Notes under the pieces: generated by a model
What the model was told of the DNA's origin: nothing
What the model saw: the letters and a program-made list of their open reading frames with translations, nothing else
The model's database searches: none
Shown here: in pieces, positions 11,511 through 21,010 of the stretch
How positions within the stretch are numbered: the first letter of the stretch is position 1
How the letters are laid out: each line of letters opens with the position of its first letter
Made by a program: the position numbers and the translations under genes
Assembly: GCA_963762565.1 (NCBI GenBank)
Contig: CAVXLD010000010.1
Coordinates: forward strand, 96,001 to 160,000
Direction of reading: 5' to 3'
DNA length: 64,000 nt
Origin: an uncultured Verrucomicrobiae bacterium
GTDB lineage: Bacteria; Verrucomicrobiota; Verrucomicrobiia; Chthoniobacterales; JAFAMB01

Positions 11511-14498
11511 CTAGAACTTCTTATCAATCGAGACCCAGAAATAGCGCTGGATATTGTTCGCACCGCTGCCGGGGTCGTAGTTAGTGAGAACGGCGTCCAC
11601 CGCGAATGGCGCAGCGGTATCGAAGATGTTGTTGATGCCGAAAGTAAAGGTCGTATTCGCCAGCAGATTGCGCCAGCCCCAACGAGATCCTTCGGGAGCA
11701 GGTGCAACTGCTTTTTCACCTACGATTCGCTTGCCTTCTTTATCATAGCCGGGCTTGGGCGTTTGAGGGGTAATTTCGGTTGGTTGTCCGAATTTATAGG
11801 AGATTTGCCAGTCGAGCGTCGTCCAACTACCGATCAAATGAACATAGTTCGGAAAATTCAAAGTGGCATTCGGGTTCGTATTATTGGCGCTGTTGGTGAA
11901 ATCCAGTTCGGAACCGATGTAGTGAAGAGTTAGCCCGGTTTTAACTGTATCGATCCCGAAGACGGTCTTGGAATAGAACGCGCTGGCCTGGAACTTCACG
12001 TCAGGCGAAGACGCACCCTGGAGCGCGGTGTCCGTCAGGTTGAAAACTCGGAAAAAAGGAGTCCCGTTGGCATTTGCGCCCTGTATGGTTTGCTGAGTCA
12101 GCCAGTAGAGATAGGTACCGTCAAATTGCAGATCGATCTTGCCCCAGTTGTATTCTTTGGAGTTGTAAGTGAAGCCGAACTCAAGGCCTTCGCTGCGGCC
12201 GTTCCCGAGATTCGCTACGGCGGTGGTAACCTCCAGAATCTGGCCGGTGGTTGCGTCCCGCGTAACGAAGTTTCCAGCCGGCGCAGACGCACCCAGATCG
12301 GCAACCTCTTGCGCGCTCAACGTACCGAATTGGTCGTGTTGATCGATTTGGAACCAGTTGATGTAGGCAGAGAACCCGTTAGCCCAGCCCCACCAGCTAT
12401 GTTCCGGATCACTAGATCCGGGAGACCAGACCCCTCCGACATAGTAAGTGTAAGCGTTCTCTGCCTTCAGATGGGGGTTACCGGTTGTCTGATTCAGTAC
12501 GGTTATCTGGCCGAGTCCAGGGTTCTTAGGGTCAACCAGGGTGGTCTCCGCGATCTGCGGCGCCGTGAAGAGTGCGGTTAAGCTCGGAGCAACGAACGAC
12601 TCCGAATAGGTGCCGCGAATGCTGAAATCGTTAAAAGGTTTGTACAGCAGCGCGAATTTGGGTTTAGCGGCGCTGCCGAAGTCGCTATAGTAATCTTGGC
12701 GCTCCGATATGACCAGTTCAAGGGACCGCATCCCGGGCCAAGACCAGGCGCCGCCGACGATCGGAATGTCTACCTCACCGAAGATACTCCAGATGTATCG
12801 CCGAGCGTTGGTTAAGGTACCAATCGGATTTTGAGGCGCAGTGAGGTTCCCGACTTTACCATAGGGATCCTCGTTCGCGATGTAATCTTCACTGCGATAT
12901 TCCCAGCCGCCCGCGACGGTGAGGGGACCCGATGGCAACTCCCACAGCGTGCCACCCGCGGTGGTATGGAACTGCATAATATCCGTCCGGATATTTTCGA
13001 AGATACTTCCGATGAGTAGCTTGTTTCCGTAGAAAGCGGCATTGGGACCGGCTACAGATTCATCCGCAAACGGATTGAAGAATTGCCCGACGTTACCGGG
13101 AAGGGTGCCATTTAACGCGTTTTGCAGTCCGGTGAAACGGAAGAAATTTTCCTGGGTCTCGGTTCCGTCGCTTTCACCGTAGAGAAAGTTGGAATCGATA
13201 TACCAACCATGCGGTAACTGGATGGTTGCGCCAACCACCTCACGGAACGTGGTGACGATCGTTTGGGTTCTCAGGACGCCGAATTCATTAAACGCCTGGG
13301 GACCGACCTGCAGGGGTACACCGAACGGATTGTACGGGTTGTCAGCCGGAACGATCAGGAAGGCATTCCCGGAGAATCCGCCACCATAAGTGCCTTGGTT
13401 TGGGCCGTACGTAGCCAGCTCCTCCGTACGATTAACGAGGAAGCTATCGTAGAGCTTTAACCAGGTAGTCGGCTCGTACTCGACTTTGACTAAACCGCCT
13501 AGCCGCTGTTCCCGCGGAACGACCTGCAGACCTTGGATGCTGAAAAATTGTTGCGGAGCGTTACTGTTGAAGTCGGCGGGCGTGGGGTTCACCCCGTTGA
13601 AGCCCAAATTGGGCTGGAGAAAGGTTCCCGCAGGAATGCCAGTCTTCGTAGGAGCTAACGTTGTAAACTCGCCAGTTAGACCCGGAAAAACGGCGTTATT
13701 CGGGTATTTGAAACTGTAACGAGAGTAATTTAACGCCTCCATTGAGCGATCAATCGCTTCGATCGGACTCTGGTCATAGTAATCGAATACTGCGAGCACG
13801 CTGAGCTTGGAGTCCTGACCTAATTTCTGCGTGATCCCACCGGTAAACTCACCGTGATAGACCTCATAGTCATCTCGTTGGCTGATCCCGTAATAATTGT
13901 AAATATCCGCCCCGTTATACCCTTCTTTGGTGATAAAGTTGACGACGCCGGCCACCGCGTCGGTTCCGTAGGTGGCGCTACCGCCATCATTCAAAATATC
14001 GACGCGGTCGATCGCACCAATCGGAATGCTGTTGATGTCGGTGAAAGTGAATGGACCGCTAGCGGGAGTGAACTGGAAGAACGGATATGCCGGCATGCGG
14101 AGTCCATCGACCAGAACCAGAGTATCTTGGGGCAGCAGCCCCTTGAGTGCAACCGACGCGCCCCCAGGCTGGAATCCGAATCCGGGTATGAAACCCGGGT
14201 TCACACTACCGGTAGCGGCGGGAAGCTGCTGTAGGACATCCGCAACATCTTGGTTTCCCGTTTTTGTGATGTAGGTCTGGTCATAGCTTGTTACTGGCTG
14301 CGGACCATCTCCAACGTGCGGGAGGAGGTAACCGGTAACGGTGACTTGCTGGAGCTCGTTTCCGGTGTTTTGGCTTTCGCCGGCGCCGGTGGCCGGTGAG
14401 GCGGTCTGGGCGTGGGTAGTAAACCGCAGCCCGAACAGGATTACGAACTGAACGACTGTCGCAAATGCGACGGTACGGAGATGTGGATATTTAATCAT
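11511..14498 (-). CDS. TonB-dependent receptor copy 4 (intact, 995 aa)
   Basis: Signal peptide, TonB box ELQQVTVTG, plug motif RVDILNDGGSATYGTDAVAGVVN, GINNIFD signature, terminal Phe. Confidence 0.95.
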   Translation of the reverse strand: MIKYPHLRTVAFATVVQFVILFGLRFTTHAQTASPATGAGESQNTGNELQQVTVTGYLLPHVGDGPQPVTSYDQTYITKTGNQDVADVLQQLPAATGSVNPGFIPGFGFQPGGASVALKGLLPQDTLVLVDGLRMPAYPFFQFTPASGPFTFTDINSIPIGAIDRVDILNDGGSATYGTDAVAGVVNFITKEGYNGADIYNYYGISQRDDYEVYHGEFTGGITQKLGQDSKLSVLAVFDYYDQSPIEAIDRSMEALNYSRYSFKYPNNAVFPGLTGEFTTLAPTKTGIPAGTFLQPNLGFNGVNPTPADFNSNAPQQFFSIQGLQVVPREQRLGGLVKVEYEPTTWLKLYDSFLVNRTEELATYGPNQGTYGGGFSGNAFLIVPADNPYNPFGVPLQVGPQAFNEFGVLRTQTIVTTFREVVGATIQLPHGWYIDSNFLYGESDGTETQENFFRFTGLQNALNGTLPGNVGQFFNPFADESVAGPNAAFYGNKLLIGSIFENIRTDIMQFHTTAGGTLWELPSGPLTVAGGWEYRSEDYIANEDPYGKVGNLTAPQNPIGTLTNARRYIWSIFGEVDIPIVGGAWSWPGMRSLELVISERQDYYSDFGSAAKPKFALLYKPFNDFSIRGTYSESFVAPSLTALFTAPQIAETTLVDPKNPGLGQITVLNQTTGNPHLKAENAYTYYVGGVWSPGSSDPEHSWWGWANGFSAYINWFQIDQHDQFGTLSAQEVADLGASAPAGNFVTRDATTGQILEVTTAVANLGNGRSEGLEFGFTYNSKEYNWGKIDLQFDGTYLYWLTQQTIQGANANGTPFFRVFNLTDTALQGASSPDVKFQASAFYSKTVFGIDTVKTGLTLHYIGSELDFTNSANNTNPNATLNFPNYVHLIGSWTTLDWQISYKFGQPTEITPQTPKPGYDKEGKRIVGEKAVAPAPEGSRWGWRNLLANTTFTFGINNIFDTAAPFAVDAVLTNYDPGSGANNIQRYFWVSIDKKF

Positions 14499-14640
14499 TC
14501 TGAGAAGGACTATTTTCGCCAGCTGGGTTTGGGAGCGACGCTGTAATCTGCGGCTCGGCGTGAGACCTAGCGCAAACCAGCTCAGTAAGTGAGTCGTAGC
14601 TGCCGCTATCCACTATGGCGCGACATCGTTTCTTAATCAC
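14491..14640 (-). other. 49-aa upstream ORF, degenerate duplicate of a TBDR 5' end, overlapping the TBDR4 start
   Basis: GGAGG 5 nt before GTG; starts VIKKRCR (TBDR1 starts MIKKRCS); an alternative frame reads IAAATTHLLSWFALGLT; stop overlaps the TBDR4 ATG (AATGATTAA). Confidence 0.6.
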
Positions 14641-14865
14641 TATTACCTCCATTTATTACTCCTCGAAGATCCTACCGGAACGCGCGAAAGTGTGAGCAGG
14701 TGCAGGACGTGATTGTTAGTCATCGTAACGCTAATCTAAACTTGGCGGTGCCGGTCCTGCTCTACCGACATCGCTGTCGAAAAATTTCTCCGCCACTTAC
14801 CGAAGAACGATTGACGCTCCTCCGATTGGGCAATGTGGCCGTTTTAGATGTAAACCGGAGGGAAA

Positions 14866-14917
14866 GTCAAGCAGCATCCGAGTAAAATATTGAACGAAGT
14901 TGCCTTGGCGTTGTCGA
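14866..14917 (-). promoter_or_regulatory. TBDR4 promoter module (most diverged copy)
   Basis: GTCAAG...ATTGAAC-N15-TTGTCGA with the 22-nt spacing retained. Confidence 0.55.
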
Positions 14918-15090
14918 GAGGACGGTTTCCTTTCTTAAGTCTTGCAAATCCTCGGCCCAATCAACGCGGTACAGAGCGTAGATTAAGGAAGAGCGGGCGG
15001 CACGAAACACCTTGGTCACCAGGGCCTCATCCCCTCGGCCGCGGGAAGACAGCCCTCCACGGTGGCCACCCTTTCGGTCTTGTCTCCACC

Positions 15091-15123
15091 AAAAAAAAAG
15101 CCGGGCGGAAACCCGGCTTTTTT
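15091..15123 (-). terminator. Intrinsic terminator downstream of TBDR5
   Basis: A9-GCCGGG-CGGAAA-CCCGGC-T6. Confidence 0.8.
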
Positions 15124-15206
15124 CCATAGTTTTTAAGCGGCGTCTGCCGCGCCGAACGCTCGGCGAAGGCGGGCGCTTAAATCGGCCTCGCAAGCGAGGC
15201 GCGCTC

Positions 15207-18170
15207 CTAGAACTTCTTATCAACCGAAACCCAGAAGTAACGCTGGATATTGTTCACACCGCTCTGGCCATCAAAGTTCGAGAGAACGCTATCCACCGCA
15301 AATGGTGCCGGCGTATCGAAGATGTTGTTGATGCCGAAGGTAATAGTTGTATTCGCCAGCAGATTTCGCCAACCCCAGCGTGATCCTTCTGGAGCAGGCG
15401 CGATGGCTTTCTCACCCACGATCCGTTTTCCTTCTTTATCATAACCCGGCTTGGGAGTTTGCGGCGTTAGTTCAGTCGGTTGCCCGAACTTATAGGAGAT
15501 TTGCCAATCCAGAGTCGTCCAGCTCCCGACGAGATGAACGTAGTTAGGAAAATCCAAGGTGGCATTCGGGTTGGTTCCGTTGGCGCTGTTTCTGAAATCT
15601 TGCTCAGAACCAATGTAATGGAGAGTCAGCCCGGTTCTAACCGTGTCGATGCCGAAGAGGGTCTTGGAATAGAAGGCGCTTGTCAGGAATTTCAAGTCCG
15701 GACCGGTTCCGTCGGCAGTATCTGTTAAGTTAAAATCCCGGAAAAAGATTGTCCCGTTTGGATTTACGCCTTGCAAAGTTTGCTGGGTAAGCCAGTACAG
15801 ATAGGAACCGTCGAACTGCAAATCGATCTTGCCCCAGCTGTATTCTTTCGATGTATAGGTGAAGCCGAACTCGATCCCTTCGCTGCGGCCGTTCCCGAGG
15901 TTCGCGACAGCCGAGGTAACCTCCAAAATCTGTCCGGTTACGGTGCTCCGGGTCACGAAGTTACCGGGCGGAGCAGCTCCTCCGAGATCGACGACTTCCT
16001 GCGGAGTCAAAGTACCGAACTGGTTGTGCTGGTCGATTTGGAACCAGTTGATGTACGCAGAGAATCCATTGGCCCAGCCCCACCAGCTATGCTCGGGATC
16101 ACTAGAACCTGGAGACCACACCGCTCCGGCATAATAGGTGTACGCATTCTCCGGTTTCAGATGGGTGTTGCCTGAAGTCAGAGAGAGTACGGTCTCTTGC
16201 CCGGCTGCAGGATTCTTGGGGTCAACTACACCGGTCTCGGCAATCTGCGGTGTCGTGAAGAGTTGGGTCAGACTCGGAGCGACGAACGACTCAGAATAGG
16301 TGGCCCGAAGGGTCAAATCGTTGATCGGCTTGTACAATATAGCGAATTTCGGTTTGGCGGCGCTCCCGAAATCGCTGTAGTAATCTTGCCGCTCCGACAT
16401 AGTCACCTCGAGCGACCGGACGCCAGGCCAAGACCAGGCGCCGCCCAGAATCGGGATGTCCACTTCACCGAAGATGCTCCAGATGTAACGGCGGGCATTG
16501 GTCAGGTCACCCGGGGGGAATTGCGGCGCCGTAAGGTTGCCTGATTTACTATAAGGATCATCATTGGCGATATAATCTTCACTACGATATTCGAAGCCTC
16601 CCGCGACCTGGATCGCACCGGAGGGTAACTCCCACAGCGTGCCTCCAGCAACGGTATGAAACTGCATAATATCGGTCCGGATATCTTCCCAGATATTGCC
16701 GATCAGCAGCTTATTGCCGTAGAAGGCGCTGTTAGGTCCAGCCACTGATTCATCCGCAAACGGGTTGAAGAATTGCCCAACGTTTCCTGGAAGGGTGCCA
16801 TTTAACGCTTGTTGTAGACCGGTGAAGCGGAAGAAATTGTACGTCGTCTCAGTTCCGTCGCTCTCTCCATAGAGGAAATTGGAATCGATATACCAGCCAT
16901 GCGGTAGCTGGATGGTGGCGCCAACTACTTCACGGAAAGTGGTGACGGTCGTATCGTTCTTCAGGACACCGAATTCATTGAATGCCTGCGGGCCAACCTG
17001 TAAAGCTTCACCGAACGGATTGTAAGGGTTATTAGCTGGAACGACGAGGAAGGCATTCCCCCCGAATCCACCACCATACGTACCTTGATTGGGGCCATAC
17101 GTACTGATTTCTTCGGTTCGGTTAACCAGGAAGCTGTCATACAACTTCAACCAGCTGGTCGGGTTGTACTCAATCTTGACCAAGCCGCCTAACCGTTGTT
17201 CCCGCGGATAGACCTGCAGGCCTTGAATACTGAATTGTTGTTCCGGATTACCATTGATGATGAAGTCCGACGGTGCGGGGTTCACGCCGTTGAATCCCGG
17301 CTTCGGCTGGTAGAAGTTTCCAGTTTGCAACCCAACGAATTGGCCCGTTAAACCCGGAAAGATAGGCGCGTCCGGGTATTTGGGGCTGTAGCGCGAGTAA
17401 TTCAACGCCTCCATTGAGCGATCGATGGCCTCTACTGGACTCTGATCATAGTAATCGAACACTGCCAGGACGCTGATATTAGAGTCCTGACCTAGCTTCT
17501 GCGTCAGGCCGCTGGTAAACTCACCGTGATACACCTCATAATCGTCTCGCTGGCTAATCCCGAAATAATTGTAAACATCGGCGCCGTTGTACCCGTCTTT
17601 GGTGATGAAGTTAACGACTCCAGCCACCGCATCGGTTCCGTAGGTGGCGCTACCTCCGTCGTTCAAAATGTCGACGCGATCGACCGCTCCCAAGGGAATG
17701 CTGTTGATGTCGGTAAAAGTGAATGGACCGCTATTGGTGGCGAACTGGAAAAACGGGTACACCGGCATGCGGAGCCCATCGACCAGCACCAAAGTATCAC
17801 TGGGCAGCAAGCCTTTCAGGGCAATGGATGCCCCACCGGGCTGAAATCCGAATCCGGGCACCACACCCGGATTCACGTTACCGGTCGCGGCAGGAAGCTG
17901 CTGCAATACGTCAGCAATCTGTTGGTTCCCCAGTTTTGAGATGAAAGCCTGGTCATAGGTTGTCACCGGCTGGGGGCCCTCGCCAACGTGCGGAATCAGG
18001 TAACCGGTAACCGTGACTTGCTGAAGCTCGCCACCGCTGGATGAAGTTTCGTTGGCAGCCGAACTTGGTGATGCCGTCTGAGCGTGGGTGGTACTCCCGA
18101 TCCCAAGCAAGATTACGAATTGAATGGTGGTCGCAGCAGCGACCCTTCGCAGATATCGATTTCTCATCAT
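15207..18170 (-). CDS. TonB-dependent receptor copy 5 (intact, 987 aa)
   Basis: Same motifs as TBDR4, its closest paralog; ends RYFWVSVDKKF. Confidence 0.95.
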   Translation of the reverse strand: MMRNRYLRRVAAATTIQFVILLGIGSTTHAQTASPSSAANETSSSGGELQQVTVTGYLIPHVGEGPQPVTTYDQAFISKLGNQQIADVLQQLPAATGNVNPGVVPGFGFQPGGASIALKGLLPSDTLVLVDGLRMPVYPFFQFATNSGPFTFTDINSIPLGAVDRVDILNDGGSATYGTDAVAGVVNFITKDGYNGADVYNYFGISQRDDYEVYHGEFTSGLTQKLGQDSNISVLAVFDYYDQSPVEAIDRSMEALNYSRYSPKYPDAPIFPGLTGQFVGLQTGNFYQPKPGFNGVNPAPSDFIINGNPEQQFSIQGLQVYPREQRLGGLVKIEYNPTSWLKLYDSFLVNRTEEISTYGPNQGTYGGGFGGNAFLVVPANNPYNPFGEALQVGPQAFNEFGVLKNDTTVTTFREVVGATIQLPHGWYIDSNFLYGESDGTETTYNFFRFTGLQQALNGTLPGNVGQFFNPFADESVAGPNSAFYGNKLLIGNIWEDIRTDIMQFHTVAGGTLWELPSGAIQVAGGFEYRSEDYIANDDPYSKSGNLTAPQFPPGDLTNARRYIWSIFGEVDIPILGGAWSWPGVRSLEVTMSERQDYYSDFGSAAKPKFAILYKPINDLTLRATYSESFVAPSLTQLFTTPQIAETGVVDPKNPAAGQETVLSLTSGNTHLKPENAYTYYAGAVWSPGSSDPEHSWWGWANGFSAYINWFQIDQHNQFGTLTPQEVVDLGGAAPPGNFVTRSTVTGQILEVTSAVANLGNGRSEGIEFGFTYTSKEYSWGKIDLQFDGSYLYWLTQQTLQGVNPNGTIFFRDFNLTDTADGTGPDLKFLTSAFYSKTLFGIDTVRTGLTLHYIGSEQDFRNSANGTNPNATLDFPNYVHLVGSWTTLDWQISYKFGQPTELTPQTPKPGYDKEGKRIVGEKAIAPAPEGSRWGWRNLLANTTITFGINNIFDTPAPFAVDSVLSNFDGQSGVNNIQRYFWVSVDKKF

Positions 18171-18289
18171 TAATTAATTGATCCTTGTTCCCTCCGCACC
18201 GCCCGTTGTGCTCAGCCAAGATCCTTCGCCGGGTAGAGACTTACACTTTTGCGCGGCTCGCCTCGTTAGTGGGCTAAAACCAAGGGTCA

Positions 18290-18339
18290 GTCAAGGAAAT
18301 GTGAGAAATTTTTGAACGAAATTGCGACAAGATTGTCAC
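18290..18339 (-). promoter_or_regulatory. TBDR5 promoter module
   Basis: + strand units TTTGAAC, TTGCGAC, TTGTCAC at an exact 11-bp period after GTCAAG. Confidence 0.7.
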
Positions 18340-18570
18340 CCCACGTAATTCGCTCGGGATTAAGACAATGTAGCCTGTTCAAGACAAGCTGGTTTCGCGA
18401 GTTGCTCCGGGTCGAGCCTGGCCGTCGATTCCTTGTGTCGGGGTAAGCTTTTTGTGTGCCAACCGGCGTATTCAACGCAGATCGGCCGCGCGATACCGCG
18501 GTAGAGATTCTGTGACGACTTTCCTCTTGAGGCGATATCCGGGCTTTAATTGAGTGGACGCCCATCGCCC

Positions 18571-18812
18571 GGGAGGGAATCGCTGCCTGTCCGACATAGC
18601 CTTCTGTCTGTAGGTCTTTCTTACTAGGGTTGGCGAAGTCGGATCCTCGCGATCCGGTGTTAGCGAGGCTGCGGATGTGTTGTGATCGCGGATCACAATA
18701 GATCTTTGGGTTGTGGCACATGCTCGCGGCGCGCGGGGATCCGACGTCGCCCTGTTGGCAGAAAAATCGATCGGATGCCTTAGGCTATGTCGGACAGGCA
18801 GCGCGCCCTCCC
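18571..18812. repeat. REP doublet family D, both arms carrying a 60-61-nt element-E insert
   Basis: GGGAGGGAATCGC[TGCCTGTCCGACATAGCC-N30-GGCGAAGTCGGA]TCCTCGCGATC and its inverted counterpart at 18728-18812. Confidence 0.75.
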
Positions 18813-18917
18813 CGATTTGCACCTCGCGACGCGGGGGGTGGGAGGTGCTTTTGGGGAGAAAAGCTGCAGTGCGATGTCAGTTCTTGCCCATCATGAGCCG
18901 GAACTCACCACTACCGC

Positions 18918-18948
18918 AAAAAAAAACGCCGGGCATTAGCCCGGCGTT
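18918..18948 (-). terminator. Intrinsic terminator downstream of tonB
   Basis: A9-CGCCGGGC-ATTA-GCCCGGCGTT. Confidence 0.8.
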
Positions 18949-19010
18949 AGTTACGTTTTCAGCAGGGGCCTGCCGCGCCAAAGGCTTGGCGAAGGCGGGC
19001 GCTGAAAAGC

Positions 19011-19679
19011 TCAGTGAGCGATCTGGAATACCACGGGCAAAGTGAACGTGCCGGTTTGGTCAGGTGCGAATTCCCAGTTACTTCTCACCCAGCGCGCAGC
19101 GGCACTGGAGAGGATGCCCGGACCAGAGACCGCCTGCACATCTGTGATATGGCCAGCCGACACGGTAATCGCCAACCGGACATCACCGGTGATATGCATC
19201 TGTAACGCTTGTGGCGGATAAGGCGGCTTGGGCGAGCGCATCAGTTTGCCTGAGCGGGCACCACCAGTTCCGGTTCCACCAACCACGCCATTCGCGAAGC
19301 CTTTCTGCATACCGGGCGTAGCCGCAGCATTCGGAGCCTCCTTCTTCTTTGGCGTTGGATGCGGCGCTGAGCTGGGCGCTGGAGTCGGTGTTGCTGCCGG
19401 TATTTCGAATTCCGGCGGTTTATCCAATGGAGGCGGAGTCGGTTCCGGATCCGGCGGTGGAGTTGGTTGTGGATCTGGCGGCTGTTCCTCTGGAGCATTC
19501 GGATCTCCTAGAGGCGGCGCATCGTTGGTGTCCACCGCGGTGAGAATTGTGGGCGGCTGCTCGGGCAGTCTGAACCAGTACCCGAAATACGCAGCGCTGC
19601 CGTTAAGCACCAGCGACAGCAACAAAAACCAAACCAACGAAAACCCGTCCCGACGGGATCGATACAAATTGTCGGACAT
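19011..19679 (-). CDS. tonB: Energy transducer TonB
   Basis: N-terminal TM helix, Pro-rich linker, C-terminal PKPPYPPQA...GDVRLAITV domain; follows exbBD. Confidence 0.9.
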   Translation of the reverse strand: MSDNLYRSRRDGFSLVWFLLLSLVLNGSAAYFGYWFRLPEQPPTILTAVDTNDAPPLGDPNAPEEQPPDPQPTPPPDPEPTPPPLDKPPEFEIPAATPTPAPSSAPHPTPKKKEAPNAAATPGMQKGFANGVVGGTGTGGARSGKLMRSPKPPYPPQALQMHITGDVRLAITVSAGHITDVQAVSGPGILSSAAARWVRSNWEFAPDQTGTFTLPVVFQIAH

Positions 19680-19791
19680 AGTTTAGTTTTTCAGCGCATG
19701 CTGAAAAACTCTGGTCGGCCTCATAACGCGAGGCACGCTCCAAAGATTGTCTTTCAGAATGCTGCTGTTAGTGATCGTTTGGTTATATTCT

Positions 19792-20292
19792 CTACGGACC
19801 AGGTTTGGCTCCGCCTGCGGGCGGCGCTCCACCTGCCGGCGGTGCTCCACCGGACGTATTACCACCTTGAACAGCGTCTTGGGCTTTGATCTCAAGACCT
19901 ACCTTCTGGATCCCGGCATTCCGGGCTTGATCCAGCACGTACATCACCCCTTCGTAGACTGCTTGCTTGTCCGCCCGGATGTAGATTCGCACATCGTGGT
20001 TCGAATTATAAAGCTGCTGAAAATGCGAAAGCACGTCATCCTTCGCAACTTTATCCTTCTCGAAGTAGAAATCTCCTAAAGCATCAACACTGACGATAAT
20101 GAAATCGGGCTTGGTGTTGGGTTGAGCGGTGGTGGCAGTCGGCAGATTAACCTCGATCGCCTTCATGTTAATCATCGTCAAGCTCACCAACATGAACGAG
20201 GCGAGCAAGAAGAACATGATGTCGATCAGCGGGATGATCTCAATCCGCGCCTTCTTAATTAGTACTGGCGAACTGCTGTGGCTCCCGTGCAT
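19792..20292 (-). CDS. exbD: Biopolymer transport protein ExbD
   Basis: IIPLIDIMFFLL TM motif, VNLP, IRADK motif. Confidence 0.95.
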   Translation of the reverse strand: MHGSHSSSPVLIKKARIEIIPLIDIMFFLLASFMLVSLTMINMKAIEVNLPTATTAQPNTKPDFIIVSVDALGDFYFEKDKVAKDDVLSHFQQLYNSNHDVRIYIRADKQAVYEGVMYVLDQARNAGIQKVGLEIKAQDAVQGGNTSGGAPPAGGAPPAGGAKPGP

Positions 20293-21010
20293 CTTGGACT
20301 AAATCGAGGTTAGCGTTCTTTAAGCGAAGGGTGTTGAACATGATGAGGACGTTATTGCACGTCGACTCGAGTTCGAACTGCAACTTCTGCAGCTTGGCAT
20401 TAAAGAAGTTAAAGAAAACGAGGCAGGTAATGGCGATACCCAGACCGCACATGGTTGCGATCAGCGCTTCACCGATACCGCCGGACACCGCTGCGGGGCT
20501 AAGACCGCCTTCGTTAACGGCGTTAAAGGCGAGCATGATTCCGGTAACGGTTCCCAGCAATCCGAGCAACGGCGCCAGGGTGATCACCGAATCAAGAATC
20601 CACATAAAGCGTCCGGCTCGTTGCATTTCAACGCCAGAAGCGACTTGTAACGCTCCTTCAACCGACGAATGAACGTGGTTAATGCCGTGCCAAACGGTGC
20701 GGATTAGAGGATCGCCGGATTTACGGCCGAGATTGGCAGCCGCTGCGATGTTACCTTGTTCCATAGCGGCATACATTTTATCGAGCTTATTGGCATCTCG
20801 CCGAGCGCCAAGGACTGTCCACCAAACGGCCCGTTCGAGGATAATCGCGATCGCGACTACCAGGACGGCAACAATAGGGTACATGACGATGCCGCCCTTA
20901 AAGAAGTACTCGAGAAAAACGTTGCCTTTGGCCCAATCCGGGACGTAGTGCACTACGACACTTTGGGCTTGCGCGGCCAATAGTGGAGTTTGAGCTAGCA
21001 AACTAAACAT
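20255..21010 (-). CDS. exbB: MotA/TolQ/ExbB proton channel protein
   Basis: APLLGLLGTVTG and GIGEALIAT motifs. Confidence 0.95.
   Translation of the reverse strand: MFSLLAQTPLLAAQAQSVVVHYVPDWAKGNVFLEYFFKGGIVMYPIVAVLVVAIAIILERAVWWTVLGARRDANKLDKMYAAMEQGNIAAAANLGRKSGDPLIRTVWHGINHVHSSVEGALQVASGVEMQRAGRFMWILDSVITLAPLLGLLGTVTGIMLAFNAVNEGGLSPAAVSGGIGEALIATMCGLGIAITCLVFFNFFNAKLQKLQFELESTCNNVLIMFNTLRLKNANLDLVQDAREPQQFASTN

Noticed and set aside
146..18170. Diversity-generating retroelement or invertase shufflon acting on the TBDR array
   Set aside because: No reverse transcriptase or recombinase gene is present, all copies are co-oriented, and no adenine-specific template/variable pair was evident by eye
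95..18219. Many 60-180-aa ORFs antisense or out of frame to the TBDR genes, some similar to each other
   Set aside because: They are shadows of the paralogous coding sequences and have no independent motifs
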